Shown: positions 14,360-28,612, numbered from the stretch's first letter. The stretch: DNA of 64,000 bases from Octopus sinensis (GCF_006345805.1 NC_042998.1:67890001-67954000), one strand, 5' to 3'. Program-made: numbers and translations. The notes: generated by a model from the letters alone, not told the origin.

Positions 14360-15012
14360 TGTATGTATTATGTATGTATGTATGTATATATGTATGTGTG
14401 TGTGTATATGTAGTGTGCCTTAGTAATTCAATGTAAAGATGTGAAAGCTCACACGCTTGACTGTATGTATGTCTTTGTATCTTTATATTTGTTTGTGTGT
14501 GTGTGTGTGTTGTGTGTGTAGATGTGTAGGTGTATGAGTGCTATTCTCTTAAGAAGAACATAAAATTCCTCCCTTGTCTGCTACTTGTCTAAGTCTGTTA
14601 ATAAATAATTCTTTGTGGCAAATAATCTTTTATGTTTTATTTAGCTTTATTCATAGACTTCACTGAATGGAATCATTTTGCTAAGCAAGCCTTGGAGATT
14701 CGGATATTAGCCAGACTCTTTGGAATTTCCGCTTAAAAGCACCAGAGGTCACATTAATAATAGTCATATATTCAAAACTTCCATATATAACCTCCGCGAT
14801 CATGAGGCAAGATTATTGTAACTGAATTAATTAAAATATAATATGAGAAGATGCGACAACCCATAAGCTCCGTTGTCTCATTTAGAAGATTCCAAATCTG
14901 CTAAACATTGGTTACTTTCAAAGATATGATATAATTATCAACATTCGTTGTAATTACAACTACGTTTACTGCATGTATTTGTCCGTCTGTATAGGTATTT
15001 CTATACAGGTTT

Positions 15013-15060
15013 GATGATTATATGTGAGTATGAATGTCTGTCTGTCTATCAGTGTGTGTG

Positions 15061-15091
<31 letters not shown>

Positions 15092-15527
15092 TGTGTGTGT
15101 GCATGAACGCACATGCGTGTATTCGTTGTTTTGTATATATATTTACAAAAATGTATCTTCAGAACGATTATATTTTTCTATTCCTCATTTGAGTCCCATT
15201 CATTTCCGGTATTTATAATACAGGCGTTACTTTGTATTCGACGATTACATATATTATGCATGAATATCTAATGCATAATGTATGGAAGTGTTTCCTACAA
15301 ATATTTGGGTGACATATCTTTCTGAGGGTAAGTGGGTGTGTGGGTGTCTATGTGAATATGTGTGCCTATATATATATATATATATATAATATATATATAT
15401 ATATACTTACACACATTATATATATATATAACTTCGGTAAAATTTAGATTCAGTTGAATATGGAAAATTTACCGAAGTTATATATATATATAATGTGTGT
15501 AAGTAATATATATATATATATATATAA

Positions 15528-15565
<38 letters not shown>

Positions 15566-15912
15566 GGCACACATATTCACATAGACACCCACACACCCAC
15601 TTACCCTCAGATAGATATGTCACCCAAATATTTGTAGGAAACACTTCCATACATTATGCATTAGATATTCATGCATAATATATGTAATCGTCGAATACAA
15701 AGTAACGCCTGTATTATAAATACCGGAAATGAATGGGACTCAAATGAGGAATAGAAAAATATAATTGTTCTGAAGATACATTTTTGTAAATATATATACA
15801 AAACAACGAATACACGCATGCGCGTTCATGCACACACACAAACACACACACACACACACACATGCACACACACTGATAGACAGACAGACATTCATACTCA
15901 CATATAATCGTC
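15013..15912. repeat. ~900-bp near-perfect palindrome (inverted duplication of local DNA)
   Basis: 15013-15445 is the reverse complement of 15465-15912, including unique sequence and embedded microsatellites. Few substitutions, several at CpG. Confidence 0.95.
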
Positions 15913-16538
15913 CTCAGCCGCTTGGACTACTGCTCCCAACTTTGGTCACCACACAATATAAAACAAACAGCAGAACTCGAAGCAACTCAGAGAAGCTACA
16001 CAAAGAAAATCGTCTCAATGCAAAATGTCAGCTACTGGGAAAGACTGAAGGTATTAAACCTCTTCTCCCTGGAGCGGAGGCGGGAGAGATATGCAGTGAT
16101 ATACATCTGGAAAATCCTGGAGGGTCTTGTCCCAAACTTTGGCATTCAAAGTTACTCCAACCGCAGAACGGGGCGCCGCTGCGTGGTGCCAAGGATTCCA
16201 ACATCACCATCAAAATACAGGTCCAGATACTGCAACAGCTTGGGTTTCAGAGGACCACAGCTCTTTAACATCCTCCCTAAATGCCTGAGAGACTTACATG
16301 GTGTGGATGTGGGTTTCTTTAAAACTAAACTGGATCTCTTCTTGTTGGGAGTCCCAGATGAACCTACCTCACGACAGGAGACACGGATGCGGGCAGCAGC
16401 ATCGAACTCCCTTGTTGATCAAGTGCCACGTATCAGAGGTGGATTCACAAACTAGTGTAGCTCATTCAGCGGTGGTGCCCCAGCATGGCCGCGGCCTTCG
16501 GGCTAAAACATTTTTAAGGATTTTAAGGATTTAAGGAT
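15906..16538 (+). mobile_element. 5'-truncated CR1-type LINE, intact C-terminal ORF2 segment and 3' tail
   Basis: ORF IVLSRLDYCSQLWSP...LERRRERY...GPQLFNILP...FKTKLDLFL..VPDEP is stop-free. It ends in (TTAAGGA)-like tandem tail repeats. Confidence 0.9.
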
Positions 16539-17272
16539 GGTACTTAAGTTAAAGGCACCAGAATTTAATATGGTATTATCCATATAATTGAAAATGGGGT
16601 GATTATAATCAAAAGAAGCAACAAGGATATCCAGAGGTAATGCAGTACGATCGTTTCATGCGACTCCATTTAACTGGACAATGCAAATATTACATTGTAG
16701 AGCAATAGTCAGCTGCATAAAAATATATAAGTTAGTTAAATTAGAAAGATTCATTTGTATAGTCTTCTAATCCAAAATCACAAAGAGGATAAGTAGATAG
16801 ACAAAGAACATGTTTCATCAACAACATCATAGTTGTAACTGAGATTTTTTCAAAGGAAGACATGCTTATCATTGAATTTATTTTTTATTCAGATTTACTA
16901 ATGTTAGATCTTATTCATAGACTAGTTTATCAAGTCTAATAGAAAGTAGAATCTATCCTTTATGGATAGAGTAAAAAAACAGTTTAAGTGGCAGAGTCAT
17001 AAATCAAGGTTTAAGTTTGCAGGCTAAAGCTGATGGGGTAGGGAGAGTAAAACGTATAATATTAACTATTTGACAACCATAAAACCCGTGTTATTTATAT
17101 ATCTATATATACATAGGTACATTTAAGTATTGTTTTCACAAAAAAATATTAACTAAATTCTATATTTTTATGCAGCTGAAGATTGCTCTACATTTTAACT
17201 TGATGTAATATTTGCATTGTTCAATTAAATGGAGTTGCTTATTTTGATTATATATTATATATATATATATTA

Positions 17273-17333
<61 letters not shown>

Positions 17334-17336
17334 ATT

Positions 17337-17750
17337 TCACTACCATATAACAAAGAGAGAAGAGCAAAGACTGGTAACGGCTCAAAGAGCCATGGAAAGG
17401 TCAATGCTTGGTATTTCGTTGAGAGAGCACATAAGTAGCAAGATCATCAGAAAGAAGTCCGGCGTGAGAGATGTCATCGCAGAGTATACACGCAGCAAGT
17501 ATAGATGGGCTGGACACGTCGCCCGGCTCACCGATAATCGGTGGACGCACGCATGTGCCGAGTGGTACCCGCGTGAGCGGAAAAGACCAACCGGAAGACC
17601 TCCACGTCGGTGGAATTACGATTTCAGGAGGACGATTGGGATCACGTGGATGAGAAAGGCGCGACCCAGAGAGGAGTGGACAGCCCGCTGTGACCAACGG
17701 TGTCAAATGGACGTCTGACGGACTGGTCAGTCAAAGTAATCAAAGTAATA
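17337..17750 (+). mobile_element. 5'-truncated RTE-clade LINE 3' end
   Basis: AQRAMERSMLGISLREH...KYRWAGHVARLTDNRWT...WYPRERKRPTGRPPRRW is a typical RTE C-terminus. Tail is (caaagtaat)x2. Confidence 0.9.
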
Positions 17751-17755
17751 TATAT

Positions 17756-17797
<42 letters not shown>

Positions 17798-19708
17798 ATA
17801 GCCGTATTTAGTCTGCCGTTACATTCTGAGTTCAAATTCCGCCGAGGTCAACTTTGCCTTTCATCCTTTCGGCAACCAGTTCAAACATACTTGAGGCATC
17901 TGCAAACCCATAAGAAAAGTGAATCACTGTCTTTAACCACCACGGAGAAAATTCCTCACTGTAGAAAAAAATACACCAGGTCAGTTCTTAGTTTAGCCTA
18001 ACCAGACGTTGGCATTCTCGCATTTTGGAGAGGTTATTTACATATATGGGCGCGAGTGCGCGCACATAGACACACTCACGCAAGCAATTCTGGAACACCG
18101 CCTTAGATAGACAGCAGTACTTACTTTTAAGTCTGGTAGATATATATCAATACGTGGAAGTATTCAAACCAATAGCGCTTGTCAAACGATGAGAGACAAT
18201 CACATACACTAATATCCATACACACACATATCCATACATATATATAGCCCCGGGCTATATTAGCCCAAGCTATCTTCAAATTCCGCCAAGATCGGAAGAG
18301 AAATACGTTTTTAACACAAGCATTAAGAAGAGCCATCCTGCGACAATATATACAGAAGTGATCTCAGTTACATGTTTTATATTTGATGAGCATGTTAGCA
18401 ACCAGTGTTTATTTTCAGTGTTTTAGTACAATTTATTACCTATCTTATAAAATGGCCTAGATGCACTTAGTATATTTTCTCCTATAATATTCTAACAACT
18501 GCAATTTTTAACCAAATTTCCACATGAACATTATTATTTTTCGTATGCAACTTAAAGCAGTGTCTGTGTCTTAATTTCAACTTGTTAACATCCCTTTACT
18601 CAACTTATAGTTCTGGATGAAAAACTCATTAGATTTCTTTCGTCTTTGATATAAACCGTATAAACTGCTCTCAATAAGAGTGTCAATTCACTTACTCTAA
18701 AAGCTCGACATCACATACTTTAGCGATATTCTATATACATATTTGTAATATGTATTCAAACTTTTTAATTATCATATAATAATATAAATAAAATACACAA
18801 GTGGTGTCATCTAGTTATGGGCATTAATACAAGGGAGATAATTATCACATTACGACACGAAGCGGGATTAGAAAATATAATTTGAAAGTAAATATGTTAA
18901 AGAAGACAGATACATAAAATCCACATGTTTAATGTTTATTTTATCTATTACCAGGTTCTTCAAATTTGTAGTTGGCGATAATCTGTCATAGCACTACTTC
19001 ATTCGTTTTAGAAATCTTCAGCATGAGTTAGCATGTGACTTATTAATTAAATATTTCAAGAAGAAAAAGATATTTAATTAAATTTTAAAATGAACTCAGT
19101 TAATGTCTGGAGGGAATGCGTGTAATGTTTTTGTTTCTGCAGAGACCGTTAGTAGTTAAGAAGTCCGGAGCTTGAAAGAATATTCTTAGTGTTTACGCAG
19201 AGAGTATTTTTGAACATATTTTCTTCGTCTCCATTTATATATTTTAGATACTTTAGCAATATTTTATATATTGATGTAACCATGGGGAATTTTATAATTT
19301 TACAAAAGATTTGCAAGAATGCTGAGTCCGAGATGCAGTTTTGCTGTAAAGATTTGAATCCACATTTAACACCACATACTAAGATTCATTTCTAAATGTT
19401 CACATATAACAATGTTTTAGAAATTACCTCAGGCTTGCAGAGAAAGGACTTAACAATTTTATTATGATTTATTTTGTCGCTAACACGTTACATGTTACAG
19501 GCCAATGACATTTTATACGTTCGTATTTATGTTTTCTATAGCGGTTTTACAAACAATAAATACGAGAGTAGATATCTATCTCTTTGAGTATACTTGTCTA
19601 CAAGTATTGAGCTCAGCTTATAAATGTGTATATTTATGAATATATATATATATTTGTCTAGCTACCTATCTATATCTATCAATCTATATATTCATCTATC
19701 TATCTATA

Positions 19709-19739
<31 letters not shown>

Positions 19740-20128
19740 ACATACGTAATGATAGTAATATATATAGACAGACATGATAGAAGACTATAAGCATTTATAC
19801 ACATGTATCTGGGTGTGTGTGTGCGATTGTGCTTGTATATATATATATATATGGAGAGCTTAATGTATGGAAAAAGTATATTTTTAGGTGGGTCAATGGG
19901 ATTATAGTATTCTTATTATTATTCTAAGATTTGTATAATCTTTGATTTTCTGATTACCATTCCATCATAAATCATCTTAGTTTTCTATGAAAGTCTGATC
20001 AGCAATTTCCCATCATCGACCGCTTTTGTTCTTTCCTGCATCTATAAAATAAATCAGTTCTTTGGATTGATTGATGGAGTGTTCCATATGATAGAAAGAT
20101 ACAAAGAGCGATAGATAGATTGATTGAT

Positions 20129-20192
<64 letters not shown>

Positions 20193-20314
20193 CATACATA
20201 CATACAAATATACAAACGTACATATATCTATGTGTATATGTATGTATGTATCTATATGCATATATCAGTGCTGTATTCACACACATATCATATATATATA
20301 TATATATAATATAT

Positions 20315-20371
<57 letters not shown>

Positions 20372-20924
20372 TCATATATATCTTTATATTTATTTATGTA
20401 TATGTTTGTCTATTTAAATACATGTACGTGCATCTATATACGTATATTTGAATATGCGCTTATACATATGAAAGGATATATATGTATATCTAATATGGAA
20501 GAGGGAAAAGTTATGGGTATATATATCTTCATACGTGTATATACAAATACATATACGTATATGTGTGTGTATATATATATATATATGTATGTATGTATGT
20601 ATAGATATACATGCATAAAACATTTTACCTCGTGTTTACCATATAAGTGCGCGTGTGTATATGTACATCATTATGTTGATAGAAGACGAGTATATGATAG
20701 CTAGACAGATAGTTACGATTAAATGGGTAGATTCATTGATTTTGCTTGACGTCCATATAGAAACATTGATGTATGTATTTTATGTATAGACTTACCAGTC
20801 CATTAATAATGGAGAGAAGAAAAAAAACACATATACACATATATGTAGCTATGGTTATGCGATATGATTATATTATAAAAGAACGTGTTATACAGTGGGA
20901 TTTGTGTCATGTTTCGGTTTTCTT

Positions 20925-21962
20925 TTATGCAGATATTCTATTATAATAACTAATCCTGGAATTAATTCGTACAATTCTATCCCCCGTTCTGCGAATGTGC
21001 TTCCAAAACTCTTCATACATTTTAAAAGTGTTGTCCTACCCTAACCCGAATCGTGAGTCATTCTATCATAACTCTTTCCACAAAAGTTTTTTTTTTATTT
21101 AGTTATGTATTTTATTTTGCATCACATATTCCAAAGAATTTTGAAATATTTGGTATTTAAAGGTATTTCATAGAAATTAGTCGGTAACACGTCATATGTA
21201 TCACAGTGAAAGTCTTCAGTTCATATCATGCTGCAAGTAGTTTGCTATGAATATCACCAATACACTTATATTCCACTGAGATGCTATTTATCACTACAGA
21301 CACTAGAATATTTCACCAGTATTTTTCAGTTAAGTAAAGTGATAAAATTTAATTACTCCTGTGATAAAAGCCATCAGCAATATACCACCGTCGTATTCAG
21401 AGGAGCCATATAACTCACAACACTGAATCTTCTTCAGAATACCTGAAATAAGCGGAAGAGTCACGTTCGGTGCTATGAAAGTGAATTAGTTTTGTCATCT
21501 TAGGAACAGACACGTGAGTCTGGCATAACCAGAGCTTTATTAAAGACATTACTGCGTTATTTAGCCGAAATACTTCTTCACCTGGAATCGAAAATGCGTC
21601 GCTCTTACAACAACTAATGAACTTAACTTTTTCTTTAACGAATTTGAAATACATCTTCCGACAAAAAAAGTGTTTACTATGTAATACTGTCGTAAGGTTG
21701 TAAATACAGAAATGGGGGAAGTTATGGGTAGGCATATCTTCATAAATACAGAAATATAACTGTCACAAAAGGAGTCATTGATTCAAGTTAAAATAAAAAG
21801 ACTTTTGTGGAAAGAGTTATGATAGAATGAATCCCGATTTGGGTTAGGGTAGGACAACACTTTTTAAAAGTATGAAGAGTTTTGGAAGCACATTCGCAGA
21901 ACGGGGGTAGAAGTGTACGAATTAATCGCAGGATTAGTTATCATAATAGAATATCTGCATAA
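20925..21962. mobile_element. Non-autonomous TIR element with ~185-bp inverted repeats
   Basis: 20925-21110 (ttatgcagatattc..ccacaaaag) is inverted at ~21790-21962. A TA TSD is possible. Superfamily not assignable. Confidence 0.7.
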
Positions 21963-22638
21963 TATTGTCATTGATTCAAGTCCTTCATAAAATATTCATT
22001 CCAATCCAGACGATACGTTGCTGTGTCAGTTACAAAGACTGAATGAAGATGGGTAAATAAATGTATTTAACATAATTATATCTAGCAAGCTTATTCATTA
22101 ACATTATATATTGAGCTCAAGGCGGCAAATAACAGGATCGTCAGCATGATGGGCAATATATTCAGCATTATTTTGTCTTTACCTTTTAAATTCAAATGCC
22201 ACCGAGGTCAGTTTTGCATTTCATCCTTTCGTGATCGATAAACTAAATATGAGTTAAACAGTAGGGTTGACGTAGTCGACTTATGCCCTCCACCGAAGTC
22301 GCTCGGCTTGTGCCAAAATTGGAATTGAATATTGCATATTGAGAATTGCTTCCTTTTACTTTCTTTCTGAATACCAATCCAATCTAAGAAGACGTTATCT
22401 TTCATAGATGTCGGGTTCGATAAAATAAGTACCAATTATACAACGGTATCGATTTAGTGGACACCCGTTTGTCTACATACGTGACAATTGAAGAAACCAA
22501 CTGCATGTTATTTATCTTGTTTAAAGCTCCCATATTCTTTCTTTCTTTTAATGATTGTGGCGCTGTTGAGGTTCATAATACACACACGTATCTCGCTCCC
22601 CCTCTCTCTTTCTCCATTCATATAGATTAGATTGACCT

Positions 22639-22746
22639 CAGTAGGTAACTGGTACTTAATTTATCGAAAGGCAAAGTCGACAGGCAGACGAAATACCGCT
22701 AGGTATTTCGCCCGGTGTGCTAACGTTTCTGCCAGCTCGCCGCCTT
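22639..22746 (-). mobile_element. SINE family A, internally deleted copy
   Basis: Head aaggcggcgagctggcagaaacgttagc is present. The B-box region is deleted (gtcgac joined directly to aggcagacg). Confidence 0.8.
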
Positions 22747-22864
22747 ACATATATATATACATACATACATACATACATATATATATATATATGTATGTAT
22801 ATATACATATATATATATATGTATATATATATATACATACATACATATATATATATAATATATG

Positions 22865-22899
<35 letters not shown>

Positions 22900-22984
22900 A
22901 TATATACATACATACATACATATATAGATATGTATGTATGTATGTATATACATACATATACATATATATATATATATATCGCCA

Positions 22985-23189
22985 TGTTGATTCGTTAGCT
23001 ACTGCACGCATTTTTTTTCTCTCCTTCTTTCTGTGTTTTTCTCTCTCTGTGTATCTTTCTGTTGAAGAGCGTAGGCTCGAAACGTTAAAGACTTGTTTTA
23101 TTTATATTTCCTGAGCGCCATACTAATACAATTGTTCGTTTGTTTTCCACCTGCCTTCGTCTTTTGTTTATTTTCATAAAGCTTCCCGT

Positions 23190-23190
<1 letters not shown>
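22985..23190 (+). mobile_element. Hammerhead-bearing short repeat (Penelope pLTR-like), copy A
   Basis: 23054-23091 reads TCTTT CTGTTGA A GAGC-GTAG-GCTC GAAA CG TT AAAGA. Downstream gagcg..actaataca..cacctg.cttcgtc is shared with copies B-D. Confidence 0.7.
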
Positions 23191-23214
<24 letters not shown>

Positions 23215-23222
<8 letters not shown>

Positions 23223-23514
23223 ACCGACCAGTCCATCAGATGTAGTTACACATCGCTGGTCACAATGCGTTCGCATTGTTTTAGCCTTCGAATGACGCCA
23301 CCCCACCCCTGGCTGGCTAGCGAGGCAGCCAGAAAAAAGAGTGGGAGAAAGAGTGGTGAAAGAGTACAGCAGGGATCACCACCCCCTGCCGGAGCCTCGT
23401 GAAGCTTTTAGGTGTTTTCGCTCAATAAACACTCACAACGCCCGGTCTGGGAATCGAAACCGCTATCCTACGACCGCGAGTCCGCTGCCCTAACCACTGG
23501 GCCACTGCACCTCC
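23215..23514 (-). mobile_element. tRNA-derived SINE family D, full length, RTE-like 3' tail
   Basis: Minus strand has A box TGGCCCAGTGG and B box GTTTCGATTCC. Its 3' end matches the RTE tail at 17689-17740. Confidence 0.85.
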
Positions 23515-23520
23515 ACATAT

Positions 23521-23561
<41 letters not shown>

Positions 23562-23583
23562 AACATATCTATATACATATATA

Positions 23584-23627
<44 letters not shown>

Positions 23628-23886
23628 CATAATATATATATATATATATCATATATATATATATATATATTATGCAAACATATCGTATACATATATATAT
23701 ATATATATGAATATATACACATATATATATATTCATTATATTTATATGCAAACATATCTATATACATATATATATATTATATATGAATATATATACACAT
23801 ATATATATATTCATATATATATATATATGCAAACATATCTATATACTATATATATATGAATATATATACATATATATATATATATA

Positions 23887-23939
<53 letters not shown>

Positions 23940-25069
23940 TAAATGTATGTATGTATATAGGCACATACTTTTATATAGAATGTGTAGGGAGGAGACAAAG
24001 CTGAAGATATCAGTATAATAAAATTTAATGTGCGTTACCATCGTTTCGATAACATTCAACTTTACCGTTCACCCCTGATGTGCTTTGACGTTCATACTAT
24101 CATTCATACTTGTCACGCCAACTCATAAAGTAATATGACACTTCTCCAAGTGGTTACTGTTGAGGCTGAAATCCCATTTCCTACAGAATGCCGTGTAACA
24201 CCAACTTGCAGTGTACTGGTTAACAAATGGTATCCAATGATTTCGCTAAAATTTTACACATCAACATTACACCTTTATCTTCACTGCTTTACCGCGTGGA
24301 TACTGCCAGTTAAAGATGTTTTGTCATTAAAGTCACTAAAACAACCATGAGGTCTAAATTGACTAATGGGGGCTTGAATACTTTCATGATTCTACTCGCT
24401 CTGACTTGTAACTGCGGACAGGTTCTACGCTCAACATACTTGAAATAATGTAGGTCTGAATCAAACTATTACTAGATATGTAAATGGGCATAGCTGAAAG
24501 AGAAAACAACATATCCTTAGAATAAGGGGCACAGCGTGTGGTGTACTAGTGGCGGGATTTACCAATCGCTTACAAGACTGATAAGGGTGCGATTTTTGTG
24601 TTTAGGCATACATTTACCTCAGCCAAAAATCAGATGGTGTTGAAATACTCATCACCAGTCTGATGCAGGAAATAGCTATGGTTACAAAGAATTAGGTTAG
24701 TTTGGAGTACCGGAGCAATTAGTCAATCATATTAATGAGTTTTAGTGTGAGTTTAAAGTTTCAAATAGTGGAGTTAATTGCATTAGTTTTTAATTGGACA
24801 CATTACCAAGTTCTAAAGTGATTTGCACACACATACACGGAAAAACAAAATACCTTGCATTAAATATTTGAAAACCTGAAGAAACAATTGCAAAAATAAC
24901 AGTACGAAGGAAAACAAATGAAGATAACAATAAGAAAATACTATGTGACAATAAATGATGAGAAGTGGAAGCAAAAAAAAATAATGGATGCAAACAAATA
25001 AATGCAACTGCAACGCCTCCAACATCACCTCAAACACTATCAAATATAACAAGAGCAACACAAGATACA

Positions 25070-25670
<601 letters not shown>

Positions 25671-26369
25671 ATCCGAGACGCTCCTTTGTCTTTAATTACC
25701 CTGAATATACAGTAATCGGTTGCTGAAGAGAATACGATCATCAGGGGAGTTGTACAAACTCGGGAAATTTTATGCTGATAAAAGTTGATTTGTATTAGTT
25801 TAATACCTGCGAGGTGCCAATATAAATGGAGAAAAATACACCCATTAAAAATAACCAATAATTGCTTTGTGTCTCAAAGGAAACTGATGTCTTCGTTTAA
25901 TTCTTTATTCGAAATGATGGCCGTTGAAAATCGGTAATATTCTCCTCATCTCCATTGCAAATACTAGACTTGTTACGTGAAAATTTACATTAAAACAACT
26001 TATTGTGTACACACAAAGCAACACTACCAGACAATCAACTTCCGATTATTCCCATTATTAATGTTGTTATTGTTGTTGTTATAAGTATAAGTGTTGCAGT
26101 TGTTGAAGTTTTCGTTGTTTTTTTTGTTTTTGTTATAGTGACTTACATTTTCACTTAAATGTACGCTGAAGTAACAGATTACCAGACACCGCCAACAAGG
26201 AACAATGTTAACAAAACAAGCTGGCGAATACTGCTAAGGAAGTGAACACATACATGCATCTACACATACACATATACACACATATCCACACACATATATT
26301 AATGTTTACGTTATGTGCAGTTAAAATAAAAACAATTTTACATTCATTTGATGGACTACTCTATTGTGG

Positions 26370-26670
26370 CACTCCGTCGGTTGCGACGTCGAGGGTTCCA
26401 GTTGATCCGATCAGTGGAACAGCCCGCTCGTGAAATTAATGTGCAAGTGACTGAAAAATCCCCAAACACGTGTACCCTTAACGTAGTTCTCGCGGAGATT
26501 CGGCGTGACACAGAGTGTGACAAGGCTGGCCCTTTCAAATACAGGTACAACAGAAACAGGATGAAAGAGTGAGAGAATTTGTTATGAAAGAGTAGAGCAG
26601 GGTTCGCCACCACCCCCTCCCTGAGCCTCGTTGAGCTTTAGGTGTTTTCGCGCAACAAACACTCACAACT
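26370..26670 (-). mobile_element. Chimeric SINE: family D body with family C tail
   Basis: 26565-26670 aligns with 23341-23440, and 26370-26550 aligns with 5783-5965. Confidence 0.75.
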
Positions 26671-26764
26671 TAATTTGTCAATATCTTTTAGAGATATATT
26701 TTTATCAGTTGGAACACTTACATCTTTTAGGCTACAAGTATTTTCTCTATTTTTAATGACTGCC

Positions 26765-27188
26765 TAGTCGATTAGCCTGGATTTTTTGTCGGTGTTGTCT
26801 GGAAAATCCCAGAGGCTGGTGAAATTTTTACCTTCAAACATTGGCTCAGGATAATGTTCATACCAGTATGCAGGAGTACTGATTTTATAGTGTTTACATA
26901 TTTTCCAGTGTAAATACTGTTCTACATAATCGTGGCGATATTTGCATTCGTTTGATGTCAGCACAGGACATAATGAAACGTGATGGTGTATTATTTCATC
27001 AAATTTATCACAGAAACAGCATTTAGGGTCAGAACGTTTGCTTGGTAGTTTTGGTAAGCAAGCTTTGAGCTTGTGCCGCCAGTATGAAAACTTCAGTCTC
27101 TGATTTAAGTCCTGAGCTTCTCAGCTACTGATGGACTGTTACTTGGTCTACACCAGCATTTCAGCTTTGAAGTATATACTGTCCATTA
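26765..27188 (-). mobile_element. R4/Dong-type (RLE) LINE fragment
   Basis: Minus strand reads LRSSGLKSETEVFILAAQ, DPKCCFC...HH (CCHC knuckle), YRHDYVEQYLHWKIC and LWDFP. Homologous to 46670-47030. The 5' end abuts an (ATT)n tract. Confidence 0.8.
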
Positions 27189-27197
27189 TTATCATTA

Positions 27198-27293
<96 letters not shown>

Positions 27294-27301
27294 TATCATC
27301 A

Positions 27302-27352
<51 letters not shown>

Positions 27353-27364
27353 TATTATTATTAT

Positions 27365-27662
27365 TATGAAAACTCACAGCTTATTTTGTTGGGTATAATG
27401 GAAAATGGCAGCTGTCCACAGCCAGCAGACTAAGGTGACACTTGTTTACTCGTCATGCTCCAAGAAGTCTCCAAAGAATTCTTGCAGTTCTAAGCAATGC
27501 TGATTTTTGTAGCTGTTCTATCTTCACACTTGCACCAATTTATTTGAGCCATATTGGTAGCTGAGTGCTGATACTTCCAAATGCACCAGTTACTACACCA
27601 GTTAGTATCACGTGTACTCTCTTCATCGACCACAACCTTCGCACTTCCACTTCAAATCGTCG

Positions 27663-27664
<2 letters not shown>
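27365..27664 (-). mobile_element. R4/Dong-type LINE 3' end between two (TAA)n tracts
   Basis: Minus strand EVRRLWSMKRV...GAFG...LQKSALLRTARIL plus a 3' UTR homologous to 30535-30790, followed by an (AAT)n tail. Confidence 0.8.
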
Positions 27665-27756
<92 letters not shown>

Positions 27757-27772
27757 CATTATTATCATTATT

Positions 27773-27813
<41 letters not shown>

Positions 27814-28257
27814 TATTGGGTAGTTAGTTATTTTGTTCATCATGTACAAGTACGTGTGTATTCATTATTATTTTATTTATTTTCTTCAATTTTAGAAAGA
27901 GTGAAGCATTTCTGACATTTATGGAGCGTATTGAACTCTTTTTGTGCGTGACTTTTGGCCCACCCTGTATACTAAATTACACAAACTAAATACTGATGTA
28001 TTGGTTTCAGTAATGAGTATGAAGTTGTCTGATCGACTGAAGTTGTTATTGATCTTCTAACATATAAGTAATTAAATTTTTGCCAAATCCAGTCAACTAA
28101 ACGTAATTCTAATGTTTGCGCGCGCGTGTGTGTGTGTGTGTAGATCTGTTTGCCCATTTTTCCGTTTCACTTACATTTCCAACGAAAAAGGATTGACCCA
28201 GGTACCTCGTAACTGTAAAACAAACGCTTTATCCTTTCCACTTTATAAAGAATACAC

Positions 28258-28612
28258 GGCATCTTGGGCAAGTTTCTTCTATTATAGCGTTTTGAGTGGA
28301 TTTGGTAGATGTAAACTGAAAAAAGCCCGTCGTAGATATATATATATTATATATATATATATTATATATATATATATATATATGTACGTGTTTGTATATG
28401 TTTGTGTATCTGCTGGTCTCCCCCAACATCGCTTGACAACCGATGCTGTTCTGTTTACGTCCCCGCAACTTAGCGGTTCGGCAAAATTGACCGATAGAAT
28501 AAGTACTAGGCTTCCAAAGAATAAGTCCTGTGGTTGATTTGCTCGACTAAATGCGGTACTCCAGCAAGGCTGCAGTCAAATGACTGAAGCAAGTAAAAGA
28601 GTAAAAGAGTGA
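28258..28612 (+). mobile_element. SINE family B (central microsatellite), 5'-truncated
   Basis: cttgggcaagt..gtggatttggtag..(TA)n..caacatcgcttgacaaccgatgctg..ccagc..cagtcaaatgactg..(gtaaaaga)n. Confidence 0.85.

Noticed and set aside
23555-23860. Four recurrences of atgcaaacatatc within a (TA)n tract, superficially CRISPR-like
   Set aside because: The spacers are low-complexity TA runs in eukaryotic DNA with no cas genes. This is slippage duplication inside a microsatellite.
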